From NCBI GenBank assembly GCA_035713885.1, contig DASTMV010000054.1, positions 2,236-66,235 of the forward strand: 64,000 nucleotides of DNA, written 5' to 3'. Both the position numbers and the translations under genes were made by a program. This document shows positions 19,189 to 28,374 of the stretch, piece by piece. Position 1 is the stretch's first letter. Every line of letters starts with the position of its first letter. The stretch is from Candidatus Udaeobacter sp. (GTDB lineage: Bacteria > Verrucomicrobiota > Verrucomicrobiia > Chthoniobacterales > UBA10450). The notes under the pieces are model-generated. The model had not been told where the DNA came from. It searched no databases and saw only the letters and a list, made by a program, of their open reading frames with translations.

Positions 19189-21437
19189 TGGCTCTCCGCT
19201 CTCGTCGGTCCGATCGCCGAAGCGTCGTGCATAACCGCGATTGGCACTAGCCGGTCCGCGCGGGCCTTCTTGGTCGATTTACTGAGTTTTTTCGTACGCT
19301 CTCGCGACACTTCGCGAAATTGCCACTGCGCCTGCCTGCGCGGTTCTGTGCCTTCAGGTTTTAAGCGCCGGTAGGCCCCGTCCGGCTGTAATTCGCGCGA
19401 TTTAACACGATCGTTCAAAAACGCTGGAATCACGTCGTTGACAATTTGATCTCGCAAGGCTGGCGTTTCGACTGGGAAGGCGAGCTCAATTCGCCGATAA
19501 AAGTTACGCGGCATCCAGTCCGCGCTGGCAAGGAAAACCCGCGGCTGCCCGGCATTTTCGAAATAGAAAATCCGGCTGTGCTCGAGGAACCTGCCCACAA
19601 TACTGATGACGCGAATGTTATCGCTAAGACCTATAACCTTCGGACGCAGGCAACAGATCCCGCGAACCACCAGATCAATGGTCACATCGGCGCAGGATGC
19701 TTCATACAGTTTTTCGATGATCTCCTGATCGACGAGCGCGTTCATCTTCGCAACGATGCGAGCCGGCTTCCCTGCCAGGGCATTGTCGCGCTCGCGCTCG
19801 ATTAGTTTGACCAGCCGGCTGTGCATATCGAAAGGCGCGACCATCAATTTCTTCAAGCCAGGATAACCAGCCAATCCTGTAAGCGTATTGAAGACAGTTG
19901 CCACTTCCTGGCTCAGCTGCGGTTCACTGGTAAGGAGGCTGAAATCCGTGTAAATGCGGGCCGTCCGCGGGTGGTAATTTCCCGTACCAAGATGGACATA
20001 CCGGCGGAGTTCATCGGCATCCCGTCGAACGATCAACAGCGCCTTGCAATGTGTCTTGAGACCCACTACACCATAAATCACGTGAGCGCCGGCTTCCTCG
20101 AGTCGCCGCGCCCATTGAATATTGCTGGCCTCATCGAAACGGGCGCGCAGCTCGACGATTGCAGTGACTTGCTTTCCCGCATTCGCCGCGTCGATCAATG
20201 CCTCGACAATGGGCGAATCTCCGCTCGTGCGATAGAGAGTGATTTTGATGGCGAGGACCTGCGGATCTTTGGCCGCTGTCTCGGTCAACTCAACGATCTG
20301 ATCGTAACTATCGTAGGGATGATGCAGCAGCACGTCCTGACGTCGCAATACTTCAAAAAAATCGACATGCGGCGGTAACGCCGGATCGCGCGCCGGCTGA
20401 AATGGATGATCCTTCAGTTTCGCAAACGCATCATTAGCAACGAGCGGGCTCAGATGCGTCATCGACAACGGTCCATCGAGTTTGTAGGCATCGGGTTCGG
20501 ACAAATTGAAAAAATCGAGAAGCAGCGCGAGAAAATCTTTCGGGCAATCAGCTTCCACTTCGAGCCGTACCGCGTTGCCGCGGCTGGAGCGTCGCAGCTC
20601 CTGCTCAATCGTTCGTAAAAGGTTCTCCGCTTCCTCATCGTCGATGTAGAGATCGCTATTGCGAGTGACACGAAACGCATGAGCGCCGTCCAGAATCAAA
20701 CCAGGAAACAGTTCACCGATGTGTTCTTTGATCAGCGATGCCAGATAAATGTATTCCCACGGCTCGCTTGCACCGTTGCCGCGGGGCAGCAAAATCAGGC
20801 GCGGCACTACTCTCGGCACCTGCACGATGGCGTGCAGTGGTTCGCCACGACGGCGCGCCTTCGCTCGTACGAGCAGGTTATGAGTTCGATTTAACAGATG
20901 CGGGAAAGGATGACTGGCGTCCACAGCCAGCGGGGTAAGCATCGGAAGAACTTCGTGCTGAAAATACCGGTGGGCCCACGCTGCGCGTTTCGGTAGGAGT
21001 TCGCTGATCTCGCGCACGTAAATACTGTTCTTTGCGAGTTCCGGCTGCAATTCGTTCTTCCAGAGCGCGCATTGCAATGCCACCAGCTCACGCACTGTCT
21101 TCTGGATCCGATTGAACGTCTCGGTGGGACTTAAACCATCTGGACCAACATCGCTTGTCTCGCTCTGTATCTGTTGCTTGATACCAGCAACGCGAATTTC
21201 GAAAAACTCATCCAGATTGGAACTGAAAATTGTGAGGAACTTAACTCGCTCGATCAATGGTTGTGCGGGATCCTGTGCTTCCTCCAGCACGCGGCGATTG
21301 AATTCGAGCCAGCTCAACTCCCGGTTAATGAAATTTTTCGGATCGCCGAACCGCTCATGCGTGCTTTGGACGATCTGCGGAACAGCCGTCGCACCGCTCT
21401 TCTCCTCAGTGCGTGAAGTAGCTTGGGCTTCCGGCAT
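19185..21437 (-). CDS. ppk1: Polyphosphate kinase 1
   Basis: FINRELSWLEFNRRVLEEA, FSSNLDEFFEIRVAG, and two PLD-like C-terminal domains. Start trimmed to ATG at 21435-21437 so it does not overlap phoU. Confidence 0.95.
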   Translation of the reverse strand: MPEAQATSRTEEKSGATAVPQIVQSTHERFGDPKNFINRELSWLEFNRRVLEEAQDPAQPLIERVKFLTIFSSNLDEFFEIRVAGIKQQIQSETSDVGPDGLSPTETFNRIQKTVRELVALQCALWKNELQPELAKNSIYVREISELLPKRAAWAHRYFQHEVLPMLTPLAVDASHPFPHLLNRTHNLLVRAKARRRGEPLHAIVQVPRVVPRLILLPRGNGASEPWEYIYLASLIKEHIGELFPGLILDGAHAFRVTRNSDLYIDDEEAENLLRTIEQELRRSSRGNAVRLEVEADCPKDFLALLLDFFNLSEPDAYKLDGPLSMTHLSPLVANDAFAKLKDHPFQPARDPALPPHVDFFEVLRRQDVLLHHPYDSYDQIVELTETAAKDPQVLAIKITLYRTSGDSPIVEALIDAANAGKQVTAIVELRARFDEASNIQWARRLEEAGAHVIYGVVGLKTHCKALLIVRRDADELRRYVHLGTGNYHPRTARIYTDFSLLTSEPQLSQEVATVFNTLTGLAGYPGLKKLMVAPFDMHSRLVKLIERERDNALAGKPARIVAKMNALVDQEIIEKLYEASCADVTIDLVVRGICCLRPKVIGLSDNIRVISIVGRFLEHSRIFYFENAGQPRVFLASADWMPRNFYRRIELAFPVETPALRDQIVNDVIPAFLNDRVKSRELQPDGAYRRLKPEGTEPRRQAQWQFREVSRERTKKLSKSTKKARADRLVPIAVMHDASAIGPTRAESQ

Positions 21438-21480
21438 TGTTAACGATTGCCGATCAAGCGACCGCATGCAATGCGCTGTA

Positions 21481-22167
21481 TCACGTGCGCGCCGCCAGAT
21501 TTTGGTGTCTGATGTCTTCTGCCGCGGCTGCGTAAACGGCCTCCTCGGCCATGTTGGTAGCATGATCGCCCACGCGTTCGAGGGCACGTGCGACGAAAAT
21601 TAGGTTCAGGTAACCACGCAATTGGCCGGGGTCCTCCGCCATCCGATTGATTAACTTACGGCTGACGTTGGCATTTAATTCATCCAAATCTTCATCGCGC
21701 TGAACAACGGCACACCCAAGACCGACGTCTTCCCGAACGAACGCGTCGATGCTGTCTTTAAACATGGACGTTGCATGTTCGTTCATGGGCTTGATCAATT
21801 CGACTTCAGTTAACGGCGGATGCTGATTGAGCTTGCGGGCGCGTCGTGCAATCGACGTCGCCTGATCGGCGATCCGCTCGAGATTTGACGAAAGTTTCAT
21901 GGCCGACACGACACGCCGCAGGTCGGAAGCCACAGGCTGAAAGCGCAACAAAATATCCACGCCATCCTTGTCCATTTGTTTCTCGAGTTGGTCGATTTCC
22001 TCATCGTCGGCAATCGCGCTTAGGCAAAGAGTGTCGTTTCGCTCGAATAATCCTTTCATCGCTCGCTCGAGGCTGCGCTCGGTCAGCCCAGCCATCATCA
22101 GCACATTATTGCGCAAAGAAGCAAGCGCCTCGTCGAACGTTCCCAGTATGTGTTTAGGGGCAATCAT
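21481..22167 (-). CDS. phoU: Phosphate signalling complex protein PhoU
   Basis: Two PhoU repeats with E(R)IGD/ERVGDHATN metal-binding motifs. Immediately follows pstB. Confidence 0.9.
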   Translation of the reverse strand: MIAPKHILGTFDEALASLRNNVLMMAGLTERSLERAMKGLFERNDTLCLSAIADDEEIDQLEKQMDKDGVDILLRFQPVASDLRRVVSAMKLSSNLERIADQATSIARRARKLNQHPPLTEVELIKPMNEHATSMFKDSIDAFVREDVGLGCAVVQRDEDLDELNANVSRKLINRMAEDPGQLRGYLNLIFVARALERVGDHATNMAEEAVYAAAAEDIRHQNLAART

Positions 22168-22185
22168 AAGAATGCTGATGTTCCA

Positions 22186-23052
22186 TTAACCAAATCGTCC
22201 AGTGATATAATCTTCCGTCTGCTTTTCGCTTGGGTTCGTGAAGATTTTGGTCGTTGGACCAAACTCGATGAGTCGACCAAGGTAAAAGAAAGCGGTGTAA
22301 TCCGAGATGCGGCCGGCCTGCTGCATGTTGTGTGTCACGGTTACAATCGTGTACTTCGTCTTGAGTTCGTTGATCAGTTCCTCGATTCTGGCCGTGGCGA
22401 TCGGATCAAGCGCAGAACAGGGCTCATCCATCAAAATTACCTCCGGCTCTACAGCGAGCGCGCGCGCGATACAAAGTCTCTGTTGTTGCCCACCTGAAAG
22501 GCTCGTGCCTGGTTTGTGCAAGTCATCCTTCACCTCGTCCCATAAGGCAGCCATTCGTAGCGATTTTTCGAGGCGTTCATTGAGAAATTTTTGAGTGCGG
22601 ACACCATTCAATCGCAAGCCGATAATCACGTTTTCGCCAATCGTCATTGTTGGAAACGGATTCGACTTCTGAAAAACCATGCCGACACGGCGCCGAACGA
22701 TCGCTGGATCGACCGTGCTCGAATAGAGATCTTCGCCGTTTAGCAGAACTGTGCCTTCCATACGTGTCCTTGGGGTGAGTTCGTGCATACGATTAAGCGC
22801 CCGAAGAAACGTGGATTTCCCGCAACCGCTCGGTCCGATTATGGCGGTGACCGCATTTGAAACCACGTTAAGCGTGACGTTATCAATGGCATGTTTTTCG
22901 CCGTACCAAATTGACATGTTCTTTACTTCAAACGTGTGCACAGGTGAAATCTCCGCTTCGGGTGGAGGCACCAGGCCCTGTTCGAGACGTTCCATGACAG
23001 TTTGTTCAGGTGTTTCCATGACTAAGTCCTCCATTGCAACGCCCCTAGACAA
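22186..23052 (-). CDS. pstB: Phosphate ABC transporter ATP-binding protein
   Basis: Walker [10 protein letters not shown], signature LSGGQQQRL, Walker B ILMDEP. PstB-typical size. The true start may be a downstream in-frame Met. Confidence 0.95.
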   Translation of the reverse strand: MSRGVAMEDLVMETPEQTVMERLEQGLVPPPEAEISPVHTFEVKNMSIWYGEKHAIDNVTLNVVSNAVTAIIGPSGCGKSTFLRALNRMHELTPRTRMEGTVLLNGEDLYSSTVDPAIVRRRVGMVFQKSNPFPTMTIGENVIIGLRLNGVRTQKFLNERLEKSLRMAALWDEVKDDLHKPGTSLSGGQQQRLCIARALAVEPEVILMDEPCSALDPIATARIEELINELKTKYTIVTVTHNMQQAGRISDYTAFFYLGRLIEFGPTTKIFTNPSEKQTEDYITGRFG

Positions 23053-23905
23053 CGGATCCCGTACGTCCTCGAGTCAAAACTCTAACTATTATATTAACGC
23101 AAAAAACACCTGTGACGAGTACCAGCGCGCCAGCCCAAGCCTGGCGATGCCAATCGTCGTACGGAGAAATTGCATAGGTAAAAACCTGTAACGGCAGCGC
23201 CGCAATGGGTTGACTGAGGCTGTGATTCCAGAACCGATTACCGAAGGCTGTGAAAAGAAGTGGCGCCGTCTCGCCGCCGATCCGAGCTAGGGCGATCAGA
23301 ATACCGGTAATAATCCCCTTGGACGCCGTCTTCATCACGATATGGACAATTGTTTTCCAACGGCTGACGCCGAGAGCCAGCGCCGCCTCGCGATAGCCGT
23401 TCGGGACGAGAAGAATAACTTCCTCGGTGGTACGCAGAATGAGCGGAATCATGATCAGCGCCAGCGCGAGACCACCGGCGTAGGCTGAAAACCCCTTGAA
23501 CCGCAATACGATCAGACCGTAAACAACAACGCCCCATGTGATTGACGGAACCCCGTTCAAAACGTCCGCCAGAAATCGAAGGAAAGAATTAAGCCGAGCC
23601 GAGCCGTATTCGGCCAGGTAAACTCCACCCAAAACGCCGATCGGTATTCCAATAACACCCGCGAGCGCAAGCAACTCAAGTGTGCCGACGATTGCGTTCG
23701 CCATACCACCGCCAAGAGCCCCGACTGGCGCCGGTAATTTTGTGAAAAAATCCCAATTCACTGAACCGATACCATTGATGAGAAGATAAAAGAACACGAG
23801 ACCCAGCGGCGTGATTACGAGAATCGCGGAACCAGAGGCGGTTCCAACCGCCAGCCCGTTCTTGATTTTGCGCCAGGTGTGATTGTGTTTCCGTTCAAAA
23901 TGCAT
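23045..23905 (-). CDS. pstA: Phosphate ABC transporter permease PstA
   Basis: Six-TM ABC permease with an EAA-type loop ([13 protein letters not shown]). Position after pstC. Confidence 0.9.
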   Translation of the reverse strand: MHFERKHNHTWRKIKNGLAVGTASGSAILVITPLGLVFFYLLINGIGSVNWDFFTKLPAPVGALGGGMANAIVGTLELLALAGVIGIPIGVLGGVYLAEYGSARLNSFLRFLADVLNGVPSITWGVVVYGLIVLRFKGFSAYAGGLALALIMIPLILRTTEEVILLVPNGYREAALALGVSRWKTIVHIVMKTASKGIITGILIALARIGGETAPLLFTAFGNRFWNHSLSQPIAALPLQVFTYAISPYDDWHRQAWAGALVLVTGVFCVNIIVRVLTRGRTGSVV

Positions 23906-23907
23906 GG

Positions 23908-24900
23908 CTATTGCACAGCGCGCGTAGCTGACGTCTTTGCGATGGTGCGGAGGAGCAATTGCGCAAGAAGGTTCACCAAAATAGTTATGCCGAAAAGAAC
24001 GAGGCCAATCTCGAACAACGCCTGGAGATACATGTCCGTCGTCGCTTCAGTGAATTCGTTGGCAAGGACGCTGGCAAGCGTGTAGCCTGGCTTGAAAAGC
24101 GACGCAGCGATCTGCGGCGTGTTGCCGATCACCATTGTCACAGCCATTGTCTCGCCAAGTGCGCGTCCCAGCCCCAGAATCACTGCGCCGAACAATCCTT
24201 TTTTTGCGTAACTCAGGACTGCAATTCGCGTAACTTCCCAACGAGTGGCCCCCAAACCGTACGCGGCTTCCCGTTGCAAGTCGGGAACGCTGCGCAGAAT
24301 CTCGCGTGAGACCGAAGTAATGATCGGAAGAATCATGATCGCGATAATAATTCCGCCGGCGAGCATGCAGGGACCGTAAATCGATCCATTAAAGAACGGC
24401 GTCCAACCGAACACCCGTTTCAACAACGGGAAGGGGTAATCACGAAGCCACGGAATCATTACGAAAATCCCCCAGAGACCCAGGATGACGCTCGGAATTG
24501 CCGCCAACATTTCGATGAGGGAGACGAGAGGCTGCCGAATCCACAAAGGAGCGAGTTCAGTTAGATACGCTGCCGTTGCGATGCCTAACGGAACAGCTAG
24601 CACCAATGCGATAAGTGAAGAAACGAGTGTTCCGTAAATAAACGGCAGCGCGCCGAATTGCTCGGCGACAGGATCCCAGGTCGACGTTACGAGGAAATGG
24701 AATCCAAATTTCTTGATGGCAAGCACTGATCCCTGCCACAGTTGCCAGCCAATCAGAATGATCAGCACAACCACGGTAAGTGCCATGACCAACGTGAGCA
24801 ACTCGAACGCCTTGTCACCAAAGCGGGACGGCCGCTTCATTGCCGCGGCCGCCGTGAGTGGCCCGCCGCACGTATTTACTGGAACTGTGGCAAGCGCCAT
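23908..24900 (-). CDS. pstC: Phosphate ABC transporter permease PstC
   Basis: ABC permease with EAAYGLGATRWEV loop. Start set to ATG at 24898-24900, 10 nt after the pstS stop. Confidence 0.9.
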   Translation of the reverse strand: MALATVPVNTCGGPLTAAAAMKRPSRFGDKAFELLTLVMALTVVVLIILIGWQLWQGSVLAIKKFGFHFLVTSTWDPVAEQFGALPFIYGTLVSSLIALVLAVPLGIATAAYLTELAPLWIRQPLVSLIEMLAAIPSVILGLWGIFVMIPWLRDYPFPLLKRVFGWTPFFNGSIYGPCMLAGGIIIAIMILPIITSVSREILRSVPDLQREAAYGLGATRWEVTRIAVLSYAKKGLFGAVILGLGRALGETMAVTMVIGNTPQIAASLFKPGYTLASVLANEFTEATTDMYLQALFEIGLVLFGITILVNLLAQLLLRTIAKTSATRAVQ

Positions 24901-24910
24901 CTTTCTTGCC

Positions 24911-25927
24911 TTACATTTTGATCTGATCGATACGCTGCAAAACGCGCGCTTGGACACTCTCTGGCAATGGAGCGTAATCAAGGCTCTTTGCCATTCCTTC
25001 GCCCTTTGTTGCTGCCCACTTCAGGAATTCGACCAATTTTTTGCCTTTCGCGGGATCTTTCTGCTGCTCATACACGAGTAACCACGTCGCGCCGCAAATT
25101 GGATAGGCGTTCTTTCCTGCCGCGTTCGTCATGGAAAAACGGAAGTCGTCCGGAATATCGGCGGTTGAAAGGGCAGCCGTCACTGATTCGAGTGTGGGCT
25201 TGACGAATTCGCCTGCGGAATTTTTTAGCTCCGCGTAGGACATTTTGTTCTGGATAGCGTAGATCAACTCTACATAACCGATTGCGCCTGGCGTTTGCTT
25301 GACTTGTCCCGAGACGCCCTCGTTTCCTTTGCCGCCGATGCCGGCTGGCCAATTGACCGAGGTGTTATTACCGATCTTTTGCTTCCACTCTGAGCTGACT
25401 TTGCTCAGGTAATCGGTGAAAATGAAACTTGTTCCGCTCCCATCCGATCGATGCACGACGACGATGTCTTGGTCTGGCAATTTTGCATCGGGATTCAACG
25501 CCGTCAGTTTTGGATCATTCCATTTTTTTATTTGGCCGAGATAGATCCCGGCAATGGTGTCTCCATCTAGCTTCAAACTCGGATTCCCAGCAAGATTGGA
25601 CACCAAAACCACGGCCCCTGCGACCGTGGGAATGTGCAGGAGTTTACCAGGTGCCTTAGAAAGATTTTCGTCACTCATCGGCCCGTCCGATGCGCCGAAA
25701 TCGACCGTTTGCGCCAGGATTTGCTTTTGCCCGCCCCCAGAACCGATTGATTGATAATTAAATCGGACCGACGGATCGACTTTCGCATACTCGTCAAACC
25801 ACTTCGAGTAAATTGGATATGGGAACGTAGCGCCTGCGCCGTTGATCATCATTTGCGCCGAAGCGCTTGCGCTCATTCCCAGCGCAACTAGAAGCCCAAG
25901 AATATTCGCTTTATGAAATTTCGTCAT
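24911..25927 (-). CDS. pstS: Phosphate-binding protein PstS
   Basis: Signal peptide, then NGAGATFPYPIYSKWF and SDGSGTS blocks typical of PstS. Trimmed to ATG at 25925-25927. Confidence 0.9.
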   Translation of the reverse strand: MTKFHKANILGLLVALGMSASASAQMMINGAGATFPYPIYSKWFDEYAKVDPSVRFNYQSIGSGGGQKQILAQTVDFGASDGPMSDENLSKAPGKLLHIPTVAGAVVLVSNLAGNPSLKLDGDTIAGIYLGQIKKWNDPKLTALNPDAKLPDQDIVVVHRSDGSGTSFIFTDYLSKVSSEWKQKIGNNTSVNWPAGIGGKGNEGVSGQVKQTPGAIGYVELIYAIQNKMSYAELKNSAGEFVKPTLESVTAALSTADIPDDFRFSMTNAAGKNAYPICGATWLLVYEQQKDPAKGKKLVEFLKWAATKGEGMAKSLDYAPLPESVQARVLQRIDQIKM

Positions 25928-25973
25928 GCAACAAAATTGCCGCAGGCCAATTCGGATGGTCAAAACCTTTACT

Positions 25974-25989
25974 GTTACGTTTGTGTGAC
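25974..25989 (-). promoter_or_regulatory. Candidate Pho box upstream of pstS (GTCAC-N6-GTAAC in gene orientation)
   Basis: The reverse complement of 25974-25989 reads GTCACacaaacGTAAC, 46-61 nt upstream of the pstS ATG. The same 16-mer architecture occurs at 28279-28294 and 31534-31549. Confidence 0.35.
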
Positions 25990-26014
25990 AACGGCTGTGC
26001 CGGGCGTTGGATCG

Positions 26015-27322
26015 TTAATCGTTGAGTAGAAAATCGCATTTACGATGTGACGAATCACGAATCACGCCGGGTTGGCGAGGTAGGATCAGTCGAATCGTCG
26101 TGCCTTCTCCGAGCTCGCTTTCCGCTTCGACGCGCCCTCCATGGAGTTGCGCAATGTGTTTCACGATCGCCAGACCGAGGCCGGTACCGCGCACTTTGTC
26201 GGGGCTACGCGCCTTATCCGCCCGGTAGAAGCGCTCGAAAATGCGGGGCAAATCCTCTTTTCCGATACCGATGCCATTGTCACTGACGCTCAACTCGATT
26301 TCACCATTGCGGCGGCGCACGTTGAGCTGAATCTCGCCATCCTCGCGGGAATACTTCATGGCGTTATCGAGCAAATTATAGAGCGCTTCCTGAAGCCGTG
26401 CCCGGTCTGCACGAATGGTTGGCAAATCCGGCGAAAAATCGAGGCTCAGGTTGAGCCGTTTGATTGCAAGCCTCTTTCCCCAGTCGCGAACCACTTCTGC
26501 GAAGAAGCTCGACAGATCGACATCCCGCAATTGCAGATTGGGGTTCGCCGATTCCAGCTGAGCAAGGGTGAGCAAATCTTCCACCAACAAATCGAGGCGC
26601 TTTGAATGTCGCTCCATGACTTTGAGAATCCGGGAAATTTCCTCGCGCGACGTGTCCGGGTTGTCGAGCAGTGTCTCGACATAACCGCGCAGGATTGACA
26701 ATGGCGTGCGCAATTCGTGTGAGACGTTAGCCACGAAATCTCGCCTGATCTGGTCCATGTTCTTGAGCTCGGTGATGTCGTGAAACAAGACCAGCGCGCC
26801 GGTGATCTCGCCAACCTCATTCCTCGTAGCGACTGCATGCAGCTCGATTTGTGATTCCTCCAAGACTAACTCTCGACGAACCGCCCTCTTCCCGGCCAAC
26901 GCATCAGTAAGGACGTCTTCAAGCATGGGATTGCGCACAATCTCGAGTAAAGGCATCGCCACGGAAATTTCGACGACGCCGAATAGTTTTCGAAAGCTCT
27001 CGTTAGTCAAGATTACTTGCCGGTTGGAATCAACCAGCAGCAACGCGTCTTGCATCGCAGAAAAAATTGTCTGCAATCCGGATTCGCGTTTTGCTACCTG
27101 CTTGTTGAGCTGCTCCAATTCACTAAAAATCTTTTCCAACCGGAAACCGATGCGTTGAGCTTGTCCGCGATCCTCAATCAGAAATGTGGGTGGCCGCTCT
27201 CCGCGCTCGATCTGTGTAACGACTTCTTCAATTTGTCGCCACGGCGCGATCCATTTTCGCCACGCCATGAAGACAACAGCCGCCATCAAGCCAACAATCA
27301 GGCACGCAACCAGCCAAAGCAT
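26015..27322 (-). CDS. phoR: Phosphate regulon sensor histidine kinase PhoR
   Basis: Single N-terminal TM, PAS-like region, H-box SHELRTPL, N/G boxes (DNAMKY, GTGLGLAIVK). Downstream of phoB. Confidence 0.85.
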   Translation of the reverse strand: MLWLVACLIVGLMAAVVFMAWRKWIAPWRQIEEVVTQIERGERPPTFLIEDRGQAQRIGFRLEKIFSELEQLNKQVAKRESGLQTIFSAMQDALLLVDSNRQVILTNESFRKLFGVVEISVAMPLLEIVRNPMLEDVLTDALAGKRAVRRELVLEESQIELHAVATRNEVGEITGALVLFHDITELKNMDQIRRDFVANVSHELRTPLSILRGYVETLLDNPDTSREEISRILKVMERHSKRLDLLVEDLLTLAQLESANPNLQLRDVDLSSFFAEVVRDWGKRLAIKRLNLSLDFSPDLPTIRADRARLQEALYNLLDNAMKYSREDGEIQLNVRRRNGEIELSVSDNGIGIGKEDLPRIFERFYRADKARSPDKVRGTGLGLAIVKHIAQLHGGRVEAESELGEGTTIRLILPRQPGVIRDSSHRKCDFLLND

Positions 27323-27484
27323 TGGGCGTGATCATCGCGTACGCTATTCGCCTCGCAAAGTCAGAACCCGCTCGCAGAGAATCGTGCCGGGTCGAATGGG
27401 TAGACCACCGCGGATCTCCAACGGCGCTGAAAACAGGTGTCCTTTCTTTTTGCGCAGGCCTAACAAATCGGCGCCACGTAAAGA

Positions 27485-28171
27485 TTATTCTTCGCGAACG
27501 CGATATCCAAACCCGCGGACAGTCTCGATGATGTCACCGGCTTTCTCGAGTTTTTCGCGCAACCGGCGCACATGTGTGTCCACGGTGCGAGTGTCAATCA
27601 CGGTTTCGTAACCCCAGACTTCGTTGAGCAATTTATCGCGATCCTGCACACGACCCCGCCGTTGCACTAACGTCCGCAGCAGCTTGAACTCGAGGCTGGT
27701 CAGATGCACCCGTTTACCGCTCACACGAACCTGGTGGCGGGCAGGATCAATCGAAATTGCGCCGGCGTGAAGTGTTTCCTCTGGTTTTTCGCCGCGCCGC
27801 AGAATCGCGCGGATCCGCAGGATTATTTCACGCGGGCTGAACGGCTTGGTGACATAATCATCAGCGCCGAATTCCAAGCCGAGAATGCGGTCAATCTCTT
27901 CCGCCTTCGCCGTGAGCATCAGAACCGGAATGTGAGCCGTCGCTGTGTCGCTTTTCAAAATTCTGCAGACCTCGAGTCCGGACATTTTTGGCAACATCAA
28001 ATCAAGAATGATGAAATCGGGCCGGTCATCGCGCGCCTTTTGCAGACCGCCCACGCCGTCGCCGGCTGTCGAAACCTTAAACCCGCCCTTGCGCAGATTC
28101 AGGGCGAGAAGGTCGGCAACATCATTCTCATCTTCAATGATTAGGATTTTTCGTCCATAGCCGGTGTCCAT
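27485..28171 (-). CDS. phoB: Phosphate regulon response regulator PhoB (OmpR family)
   Basis: Receiver domain (ILIIEDE.., DLMLP, K in TAKAEE) plus a winged-helix C-terminal domain (VDTHVRRLREKLE..IETVRGFGYR). Confidence 0.9.
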   Translation of the reverse strand: MDTGYGRKILIIEDENDVADLLALNLRKGGFKVSTAGDGVGGLQKARDDRPDFIILDLMLPKMSGLEVCRILKSDTATAHIPVLMLTAKAEEIDRILGLEFGADDYVTKPFSPREIILRIRAILRRGEKPEETLHAGAISIDPARHQVRVSGKRVHLTSLEFKLLRTLVQRRGRVQDRDKLLNEVWGYETVIDTRTVDTHVRRLREKLEKAGDIIETVRGFGYRVREE

Positions 28172-28267
28172 GAATAGCGAATTGAACGCGTCCGCGCGCT
28201 GAATTTCAATCGTTTCTGTGCTTGTTAACAGGACCTCTTCGAGCGAAGCGGCAAAGTTTTCCGAATC

Positions 28268-28294
28268 GTCACGATTTCGTCATACGGCTGTAAC
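28268..28294 (+). promoter_or_regulatory. Candidate Pho box array in the phoB / porin divergent promoter
   Basis: Three direct pentamers at exact 11-nt spacing: GTCAC (28268), GTCAT (28279), GTAAC (28290). They lie 81-107 nt upstream of the porin ATG. Confidence 0.4.
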
Positions 28295-28374
28295 AAACGG
28301 CCTCTAGCCTGCCTCGCACAAACACAAGACCATTCCTCCCAAAGCACCAAAACCACAACACCAAGGAGAAACTA

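Noticed and set aside
21438-21587. N-terminal 50-codon extension of ppk1
   Set aside because: It would overlap the 3' end of phoU by about 100 nt. The conserved PPK1 N-terminus begins after the internal ATG at 21437.
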